From Hanstruepera neustonica (GTDB lineage Bacteria > Bacteroidota > Bacteroidia > Flavobacteriales > Flavobacteriaceae), in NCBI RefSeq assembly GCF_002895005.1, contig NZ_POWF01000001.1, forward strand, positions 410,344 through 474,343: 64,000 bases of DNA, given 5' to 3'. Shown here one piece after another: positions 39,552 through 48,100 of the stretch; within the stretch, counting starts at the first letter, position 1, and the number at the start of each line of letters is the position of its first letter. A program made the translations under genes and the position numbers. The notes below the pieces were generated by a model, which was not told the DNA's origin, searched no databases, and was given only the letters and a program-made list of their open reading frames with translations.

Positions 39552-42500
39552 GTAGCTTAAGATCTTTAAAGCTTTTTTTGTTTTGAAATGTTGGGTTTAA
39601 AGAATTTACAGCATAACGCGGATCTTCAATCACCGCTTTACGCTCCATAGATGACACTTCTATGTTTACACAATCGAAATCTTCTAGAACTTTTCCTGTG
39701 ATAGTGTAAACACCTTGCCCTCTAAAAGGGAATTTAGCAGCTATAGGAGGGAAATGAACAGTATCAATAAAATAGCCATCACGGTCCAAAAAGGTACCAA
39801 AGAACATACGTTTTCCATCGGAGGTTCCTGTGTTTTTGGTGGTAACTAAATAACCTTCTATAGTAATAGTTTTGTTTCTATAGAACAGAAGCTGATTTGC
39901 TCGAAGTGGATTTAATGATGGATATTCCAACAAATCAAACGGATTACATAGTGGAAAACCGAGTAATTCAATTTCATCAAAGGCATTTTCTAAATCAGTA
40001 CTTGTAAGCTGCGGCGTTTTATAATGAATTCTTTCCGTTTTAAATAGTGTTACAATATGTTCTTGGACAACAGTTTTACTAATTTTTAAATGGGCTTCCC
40101 ACAATAACTCACGTTTGTTAATTCCTGTAAAACGGAAAGCATCAATTTTAATAAGAATAGCTATTTGCTCAACTGAAATGGGTACACGATTAATAAAGTC
40201 ATCTAAACTATCAAACAAACCATGTTGTTCTCTTTCTTTTACCAGGCGTTTGATAGTTTTCTTTTCTAAAGCATGCAAAAACATGAAACCTAGATAAATA
40301 GTTTTTCCTTCTATTATTGTTTGACTATAGCTTTTGTTGACGCAAGGCGCTTCAATAATGCCACCATGCATCCTAGCTTCATGCACATATAATTCAGTTC
40401 TATAAAACCCTCCAAAATTATTGATGGTTGCCACCATGTATTCTAATGGGAAATAGGCTTTTAAGAATAAGCTTTGATAACTTTCTACAGCATAAGATGC
40501 GGAATGCCCTTTGGCAAATGCATAGCCCGCAAAACTTTCAATTTGTCGCCAAACATCTGTAGTGAGGTCGTCTGGTTTGCCATCGTTTTTACAGTTGTCA
40601 AAGAATTGTTTTTTTACTTTCAGAAACTCTTCTCTAGATCGAAACTTACCAGACATACCGCGACGCAACATGTCAGCTTCACCTAAAGTTAGACCGCCAA
40701 AGTAATGCGCTACTTTAATAACATCTTCTTGATAGACCATAACACCATAGGTCTCTGGCATGATATCTAATAATACTGGATGCGCATCTTTACGACGTTC
40801 AGGATGTCTATAGCGCATAATGTATTCGCGCATCATTCCTGATTTGGCAACACCAGGCCGAATAACAGAACTTGCAGCTACCAAACCCAGATAATTATCC
40901 ACCTGTAGTTTTTTGAGAAGCATACGCATAGCAGGAGACTCCACATAAAAACAACCTATGGCTTTGGCGTTTCGTAAAAGGTTTTTGATTTTTTCGTCTT
41001 GTTTGAAACGCTTAATATCGTGAATATCTATAGGCTCTTTTTTAGGATGATTGTATTTTACGATATCTACAGTGTCTTTTATTTTACCGAGTCCGCGCTG
41101 GCTCAATATGTCAAATTTATAAAGTCCGATATCTTCAGCTACTACCATATCAAACTGTGTGGTTGCAAAGCCTTTGGGAGGCATAAATGTTGCACCATAG
41201 TAATGAATAGGTTTTTCTGAAATAATTATACCTCCGGCATGAATACCTAAATAGTTTGGAAAACCATTAATGTAAGTGCTGTATTTTAGGACTAATTGCG
41301 ATAGTCTATCCAGTTGATCAAAATTATATTTTCCACTAGAAAGGATGTCAATTTCAGATTTTGGTAATCCAAATACTTTCCCAAGTTCACGAACAGAAGC
41401 TTTATACTTAAATGTGTTATATACAGTGATAAGGGCCGTATTCTTGAAACGCTTAAAAATAAATTCAGTAATATCATCTCTATCTGTCCACGAAAAATCA
41501 ATATCAAAGTCAGGCGGATTTTTCCTGTAGAGATTAATAAAACGCTCAAAATATAAATCGAGTTCTACAGGATCTACATCAGTAATGCGTAATAAATAAG
41601 CAATAATGCTATTGGCACCACTTCCGCGACCAACATAAAAGTAACCTTTGCTGCGTGCATACTTTAATATTTTCCAATTGATGAGAAAATAAGGAACGAA
41701 TCCTTTTTCTTTAATGATGTTAAGTTCTTTTTCTATGCGATTAAAAATTCGTGTACCAGGTTTTCTATAACGGTAGTACAGACCTTGATAGGTGAGTTTT
41801 TCTAAAAGTCTATAATCCAGTAATTCGTTATTAGTATATGATTTTTGATTGTTTGGGATGTTTTGTGAAAAATCAAATTCAATAGTGCAATCTTTTAAAA
41901 GCGATGAGGTGTTTTTTATGAGTTCAGGAAATTCAATATAGATGTTTTTCAAATCCTCGAAAGGTAGCATAACATCCGTTTCTTCGCCTTGCTCCTTTTT
42001 TGGGAGTTTACTCAAAAGGGTATTATTGTCGATAGCGCGTAATAAACGATGTGTGTTAAACCCTTTTTTGTTTTGAAAGGAAACAGTTTGAAGAATAACA
42101 AGTTTGCTTCTAAAATTGTTCCATTCAGAAAATTTAAGATGGTTAAGATCTTGCGGTTTTATACCCAGAAATTCGTGAGATTTTAGATGGTATTTTTTGT
42201 TATGCTGATAAGGATATATTACAAATGTATCCTCCAATTGAGGCGCTTGTTCAGGAATTTCTAATTCGGAATTGTGTAGAAATTTTGATAAATATGAGTT
42301 AATATTATAAAACCCATTATTGTTTTTGGCAATTAAGACAAACCGTTGGGATGTTTTATTCCTGAAATCGACACCAAGCACAGGCTTCACTTGATACTTT
42401 TTTGAAAGCCTTACAAAATCTAAACAAGCAGAAGTGTTATTAATATCTGTTAATGCCAGAGTTTGTATACCATTTTCTGATGCAATTGCAAGTAATTGTT

Positions 42501-42555
42501 CAGGCTTTATGGTGCCATAACGTAAGCTATAATATGTGTGACAATTGAGGTACAT
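39541..42555 (-). CDS. dnaE2: error-prone DNA polymerase, DnaE2/ImuC-type Pol III alpha-family (1004 aa)
   Basis: N-terminal PHP domain MYLNCHTYYSLRYGTIKPEQL. The polymerase core is present. Its short length (about 1000 aa versus more than 1150 for DnaE1), together with the adjacent Y-family polymerase and a divergent LexA-like gene, point to DnaE2. Confidence 0.7.
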   Translation of the reverse strand: MYLNCHTYYSLRYGTIKPEQLLAIASENGIQTLALTDINNTSACLDFVRLSKKYQVKPVLGVDFRNKTSQRFVLIAKNNNGFYNINSYLSKFLHNSELEIPEQAPQLEDTFVIYPYQHNKKYHLKSHEFLGIKPQDLNHLKFSEWNNFRSKLVILQTVSFQNKKGFNTHRLLRAIDNNTLLSKLPKKEQGEETDVMLPFEDLKNIYIEFPELIKNTSSLLKDCTIEFDFSQNIPNNQKSYTNNELLDYRLLEKLTYQGLYYRYRKPGTRIFNRIEKELNIIKEKGFVPYFLINWKILKYARSKGYFYVGRGSGANSIIAYLLRITDVDPVELDLYFERFINLYRKNPPDFDIDFSWTDRDDITEFIFKRFKNTALITVYNTFKYKASVRELGKVFGLPKSEIDILSSGKYNFDQLDRLSQLVLKYSTYINGFPNYLGIHAGGIIISEKPIHYYGATFMPPKGFATTQFDMVVAEDIGLYKFDILSQRGLGKIKDTVDIVKYNHPKKEPIDIHDIKRFKQDEKIKNLLRNAKAIGCFYVESPAMRMLLKKLQVDNYLGLVAASSVIRPGVAKSGMMREYIMRYRHPERRKDAHPVLLDIMPETYGVMVYQEDVIKVAHYFGGLTLGEADMLRRGMSGKFRSREEFLKVKKQFFDNCKNDGKPDDLTTDVWRQIESFAGYAFAKGHSASYAVESYQSLFLKAYFPLEYMVATINNFGGFYRTELYVHEARMHGGIIEAPCVNKSYSQTIIEGKTIYLGFMFLHALEKKTIKRLVKEREQHGLFDSLDDFINRVPISVEQIAILIKIDAFRFTGINKRELLWEAHLKISKTVVQEHIVTLFKTERIHYKTPQLTSTDLENAFDEIELLGFPLCNPFDLLEYPSLNPLRANQLLFYRNKTITIEGYLVTTKNTGTSDGKRMFFGTFLDRDGYFIDTVHFPPIAAKFPFRGQGVYTITGKVLEDFDCVNIEVSSMERKAVIEDPRYAVNSLNPTFQNKKSFKDLKLHGS

Positions 42556-42571
42556 AAGTTTAACAAAAATA

Positions 42572-42588
42572 AACTACAAAATGTAGTT
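42572..42588. promoter_or_regulatory. candidate operator (SOS-box-like) palindrome in the divergent promoter between dnaE2 and the LexA-like gene
   Basis: AACTACA-aaa-TGTAGTT: perfect 7-bp inverted repeat with a 3-nt spacer. A further TGTAGT half-site lies at 42604-42609, 19 nt before the repressor ATG. Confidence 0.35.
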
Positions 42589-42627
42589 ATTGTTGCTTAT
42601 ATTTGTAGTAAATAATGTTAAAACGAA

Positions 42628-43398
42628 ATGAAGCATATCCAATCAAATATTAGGCATTTGCGCATGCTCAAAAAATTATCACAAGAACGCTTTGCTGATG
42701 ATTTAGGGTGGTCGCGTTCTATGGTTGGATCTTATGAAGAAGGGCGATCTGAACCGCCAATAGATAGGTTAATAGACTTATCCAACTATTTTAATATTCC
42801 GATAGATATTTTAGTTAGAAACGATTTAAGGTTGGCAAAGGATACATCGTTTATTGAAGTAGGTGGTAAACGGGTTTTGTTTCCAGTAACTGTAAATGAA
42901 GACAATGAAGACCTTATTGAAATTATTCCCGCCAAAGCATCAGCAGGTTATTTAAATGGTTATGATGATCCAGAGTATATTGAGCAACTACAAAAGATAA
43001 AATTACCTTTTTTACCAACAGGAACACATCGCGCATTTCCTATTAAGGGAGATTCTATGTTACCAGTAAAGGATGGTTCTTTTGTTGTCGCAAAGTTCGT
43101 AGAAGATATTATGGATGTACGAGATGGTAGAACTTACGTTGTTTTAACTAAAAATGATGGTTTAGTTTATAAGCGATTATATAATCAGGTAAAATCGAAT
43201 AATACACTATTGTTATCAAGTGATAATAAAGCCTATCAGGCTTACGAAGTGAAAATCGAAGATATATTGGAGTTATGGGAATTTACATGTTGTATAAACA
43301 CACAGGAATACGATGAAAAGGAACTGAAATTAAGCAATATTATGGAAATGTTCCGAGGATTGAAAGTAGAGCTGGAGTCCATAAAAACTATTAATTAA
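42628..43398 (+). CDS. LexA-like self-cleaving repressor: XRE-family HTH fused to an S24 peptidase domain
   Basis: N-terminal HTH (LKKLSQERFADDLGWSRSMVGSYEEGRSEP). Ala-Gly cleavage site (KASAGY). Ser nucleophile (IKGDSMLP) and Lys (VYKRLY) of the S24 dyad. Confidence 0.7.
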   Translation: MKHIQSNIRHLRMLKKLSQERFADDLGWSRSMVGSYEEGRSEPPIDRLIDLSNYFNIPIDILVRNDLRLAKDTSFIEVGGKRVLFPVTVNEDNEDLIEIIPAKASAGYLNGYDDPEYIEQLQKIKLPFLPTGTHRAFPIKGDSMLPVKDGSFVVAKFVEDIMDVRDGRTYVVLTKNDGLVYKRLYNQVKSNNTLLLSSDNKAYQAYEVKIEDILELWEFTCCINTQEYDEKELKLSNIMEMFRGLKVELESIKTIN

Positions 43399-43434
43399 AA
43401 ATACTATATTACAGTCATCAAACTAACTATTACA

Positions 43435-45093
43435 ATGACTGAACAACAAAACTACAAACAAGCACTGTACACTCTGGTTACAGTGTTTTTCTTTTGGGGA
43501 TTTATAGCTGCATCCAATGGGGTTTTTATTCCATTTTGCAAAACTTATTTTGAAATTGATCAATTCCAATCACAACTAGTAGACTTTGCTTTCTATGGCG
43601 CTTATTATTTTGGAGCTCTTTTCCTCTTTGTAGCATCCAATACTAAAGGAAAGGATATTATGAACAGTTGGGGCTATAAAAACGGCATTATTTACGGCCT
43701 ATTATTGAGTGCTTTAGGAGCTGTAGTGATGTTTCCTGCCATAGAGGGAGCGCAACCAGGTGAATCTAATATCTTTTATTATGTATTAGGTGCTCTGTTT
43801 ATTGTTGGTCTCGGATTTTCATTACAGCAAACAGCTGCTAATCCCTTTGCCATTGCATTGGGGGATCCAGAAAAAGGAGCCCATCGTCTTAACTTGGCTG
43901 GTGGTGTCAACTCTTTTGGTACAACCATTGGCCCAATAGTAATTGCATTAATTTTGTTTGGATCTACCCCGAAGTCAGGAGCAGAATTAAAAGAAATGAT
44001 CGCTAATCAGACGATTACATTGTCAACAGTTCAATATTTATATTTAGCTGTTGGTGGCTTATTTTTGGCGGCAGCGGCCTTATTTTACTTTTCTAAAAAA
44101 TTGCCACAAGCTAAAGCCAATCCTGAAATTATTAAATCGCCTAAAGCCGTTGGCGCCTTGAGTATGATGACCTTGTTATTGGTAATTTGCTTTTATTTTA
44201 TTTTTGATCAGTATAAAGGAACACCCGATAATGATTTTATATTAAAATTATCTGTTATAGGTTTAATAGTAGTTGTAGGGGTTTTGCTCCTATCTAATAT
44301 CTTGGCCAAGAAAAATCAAGAAGGCTGGGGCGCTATGCGCTATCCTCAATTGGTTTTAGGTATGCTGGCTATTTTTACCTACGTAGGTGTTGAGGTAACT
44401 ATCCAAAGTAATTTAGGTGAATTATTAAAGTATGTTACGGAAACCATTAATGGCATAGATTATAATGCTTTAGGTATGCCAGCAATGAGTGACTCGCAAA
44501 TAGCCCCTTTAATTTCCTTGTATTGGGGAGGTCTTATGATAGGACGTTGGGCAGGTGCTATTGCCGTTTTTAATCCAGCTGACAAGTGGAAAACATGGCT
44601 ATATATTATTGTGCCTTATGTAGCTTTTGGAGTGGTGTTATTTGTGAATTATGTATCGGGTTTTGATGTGAGTAGTTTGTTTTTATTTGCTATTTGTATA
44701 GCTATTCAAATTGGCGGGTTCTTTTTAGGCAAGGAAAAACCAGCGTTAACTTTAAAAATATTTGGTTTTCTAGGTGTTTTGGCTATGTTGATTGGCTTAT
44801 TCTCAACCGGGAAATTAGCATTGTTCGCCTTTATTAGTGGTGGCTTATTTTGCTCAATTATGTGGCCTTGTATTTTTGCTTTGAGCATTCAGGGATTAGG
44901 GAAATACACATCTCAAGGGTCATCATTCTTAATCATGATGATTTTGGGTGGAGCTATTATACCGCCAATACAAGGAAAGTTGGCAGATGTGATTGGTATT
45001 CACCCCTCATATTGGGTAGCCGTGGTATGCTTTTTATATTTGGTATTCTTTGCCCAACGTGTACAGGGCATTTTAAGAAATCAAACAGTATAA
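43435..45093 (+). CDS. MFS sugar transporter (glucose/galactose/fucose:H+ symporter family, long form)
   Basis: 12 or more TM segments. N-terminal FucP/GluP-like region ([24 protein letters not shown]...[16 protein letters not shown]). 552 aa. Confidence 0.6.
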   Translation: MTEQQNYKQALYTLVTVFFFWGFIAASNGVFIPFCKTYFEIDQFQSQLVDFAFYGAYYFGALFLFVASNTKGKDIMNSWGYKNGIIYGLLLSALGAVVMFPAIEGAQPGESNIFYYVLGALFIVGLGFSLQQTAANPFAIALGDPEKGAHRLNLAGGVNSFGTTIGPIVIALILFGSTPKSGAELKEMIANQTITLSTVQYLYLAVGGLFLAAAALFYFSKKLPQAKANPEIIKSPKAVGALSMMTLLLVICFYFIFDQYKGTPDNDFILKLSVIGLIVVVGVLLLSNILAKKNQEGWGAMRYPQLVLGMLAIFTYVGVEVTIQSNLGELLKYVTETINGIDYNALGMPAMSDSQIAPLISLYWGGLMIGRWAGAIAVFNPADKWKTWLYIIVPYVAFGVVLFVNYVSGFDVSSLFLFAICIAIQIGGFFLGKEKPALTLKIFGFLGVLAMLIGLFSTGKLALFAFISGGLFCSIMWPCIFALSIQGLGKYTSQGSSFLIMMILGGAIIPPIQGKLADVIGIHPSYWVAVVCFLYLVFFAQRVQGILRNQTV

Positions 45094-45129
45094 AAAAAGC
45101 CTTCCAGTATTATTTGGAAGGCTTTTTTT
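45092..45129. terminator. bidirectional intrinsic terminator between the MFS transporter and the convergent giant gene
   Basis: AAAAAAAGCCTTCCA gtattattt TGGAAGGCTTTTTTTC. Confidence 0.6.
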
Positions 45130-48100
45130 CTAAAACAGAATCTTTCTGTAAACAATCTTGTCATTACTCAAGGTGATTTTTAACAATAAAATCCTATTCG
45201 ATTTATTGATAGAATCTATTTGGAATGATGTATTGTTAATATTTTCAGCGTTAGATATTTTTCTGCCTAAAACATCATAAATAGTAATACTCTTTATGTT
45301 CTCATTTTGGGATTCAATTTGGATTTTATCCTTACCAGTTATGGTGATTCCATTGGTAATAATCTCAAATTCTTCTGAAGACAGAGCTGCATCATTAAAT
45401 TTTAGTACAAATCGGTTATTGACTTCTTCGGCTTCTGAATAGAATATATAAGGTGTTTCAGATATGTTATTTATGGTATTTAAGTGTAAGTCGTGTAAAT
45501 AAATATCTTGACTATTAAACAAACCTTCAGCGGCATGTATAGATATATAATAATTCCCGTCATTGGGAATGTTGACACCAACAGGTATAATGTTGTCAAC
45601 GGAAAATGGTAAACCGAACGCCTGAATGGCCATTTTATCAGCTTCAATAAAAGTATATATTTTTTGAGCGCCACCTTCCACCATTGTAACGGCATCATAA
45701 AGTCTGTCCTTTAAATCTGTAGCTTCATTTATATATGCAATGAGTGTTCTTTCAGAAAAACCATCTTCATCCGATAAGTTTAACCACAATCTATCCAATT
45801 CTTCTGTTCGTGATGTTCTGTAAAACTGATTATTGGCATAAGAGATATCACGAAGTGAATTATTAAAAGTTAGATTATCAGTCAAAGTAGAACCATCTTT
45901 CATAAGAACCATAAAACCTTGACCACCAGCAATCAAACCGTTAAAACCATTAGGCCCACTAACGGTTCCTGTACCATTATGAACAATGTAATCAGAAGGC
46001 GAATAACTGGTAGTAAAATCGCCATAAAACGAATCGGCATTGGATGAACTTGGGAGTGTTCCATGAGTCCATATTCTAACAGCACCTTCAATTACTGAAC
46101 TATTTAAATTTAGAAAATCTAAAGCACTGATGGCTGATGGGTATGGATTTCCAACTAAATTCCAATTGTCATCAAATCTTGTAATGGTGGCAGAATTATT
46201 ACCGGTGTAATCCGCACCTGTATAACTGCCACGCGATATGGGTAGCGTTATCACACCATTGTTGGGTTTACCATTAAGGAATTCGGCAGTAAAGTCTTGT
46301 GCTGTTGATGTATAATTACTTGGACCTCTAACGATATAGCCTTTACCGGGAGTCATCAGTTCAGAAGGCGTGTTTATCCAATTACCCTGACCACCGTTGG
46401 AATTCACAATAGTAGGATTCCATGTATACAATAATGTCGTTGGTGTATTGGGAGATATAGCCGCCACATCAAAACCTTCGATTGGTGACGACCAATAGAC
46501 GTAATCAAGTTGTCTAATTGAAGCTGTTCGCTTATAATTAATCGCTCCAGTATTGACCGCATTATCATTTACCTGAATTAATGATCCGTTGTTTTCAATA
46601 GTTACTGTTCCGTTATTTGTTAGTTCATTATCAATAGATACATAATCAGAGTCATTAATAATTAACGTTCTACCAGAATTAACAAGTAAAGTACAGCACT
46701 CAAAGCTTCCATGAATATTGGTGTCATAATTTCCATCAATAGTTACACTTTTGCTTAATGATGGTGTTCCATTACTCCAGGAAGTTCCATTCCAGGTAGT
46801 TGTTGAACATCCAAGCGCCGTAAATTTAATATCATCTATAGCCAAGTCAGATTCAAAACCATTACCAGTAATTCCTCTAACTCTTATCTTAATAGTTTTA
46901 CCGACATATGCTGATAGGTCTGCAGTCATATCATTCCATGAATTCCCAACATTACCCAAAATAGGCGTAACGAAATCTTCTTGCCAAGATCCACTGTCAA
47001 AAATATCAATATGCAAACTCCCCATATTGCCACCATACATGTGGTAGCCAACAGAAAAGATATAAGATTGATCAATAATTATACAGTCACTTTCTAAAAT
47101 GGCAGTATTAATATTACAACTTCCTGAAGCCTCCAGATAAGCGTAGTTTCCTGCGCTAGTTCCTAGGTTGTAGTCTACGGAAGGCCCAGTATTTGAAGAA
47201 GGCGTTCCATTTTCATCTATTCGCCAATCAATATCGTCGTCAGTCCCGTTAGTTAAATTTGTCCAAAAACCTGAAAGACCACAAACTGTTGTCCCACAAT
47301 TATTGGTCGTGGCACATAATGATTCACTTTCAAAATCCTCATTAAAATTAGAAGCCACTGTGCCGTTGCCAATATTAATATAAGCTGTTTTAGTTTCAGT
47401 ATCAGAACCATAAGCATTGCTTACAGTTAATTCAATGGTGTAATTTCCAGCACTACTGAAGATTATTTCAGGATTTTGAGAGGTCGACGTTGTACTATTA
47501 ATATAAGAAAATGTACCTGGGGTAATTGTCCAGGCCCATGACGTCGGACTGTAGTCCGAATTATCCGTCAATATAAATTCATTTCCGACACAGCCACTCG
47601 TTGAACTTGCTTTAAAGCAAGCAATAGGAGCAACATTTCCAGGGTCTTTTAAATCACTAATCCATAATCCTTGTCCATAAGTTGCAGCGTATATTTTTCC
47701 CTTACAATCAGTGCCATAATGAATTTCTAATTCAGTGATTTCTAAATTTGCTAGTCCTGTAGAATAAGATACCCAGTCAGACATATTACTATCTTTATAA
47801 TATACGCCAACATCCATTCCTACATACATGGCATCAACAGGACTTGATTGATCAATTACAATGGTGTTTAATGAAAGATTTGGTAATGTTCCAGCAATAT
47901 TAGTCCAATTGACACCACCATCTGTGGATTCATAAATGTCATTATTTAAGGCAATAAACACATGTGTTGGATCATTTGGATCTATTTCTATATCTAAAGG
48001 TTCGTTCGATACAGGTAGATTAGCAGATAAATCAGTCCAGGTAGGAGAACCTGATGTAGCATTAATTGAGCGTCGAAAACTATTATCGTAACGGGATACA

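Noticed and set aside
39541-42555. Possibility that the 1004-aa Pol III alpha homologue is the replicative DnaE1
   Set aside because: It is too short for DnaE1 (usually more than 1150 aa, with tau-binding/OB C-terminal regions). It is also in an operon with a Y-family polymerase and divergent from a LexA-like repressor, which is the hallmark context of DnaE2. This cannot be fully excluded without phylogeny.
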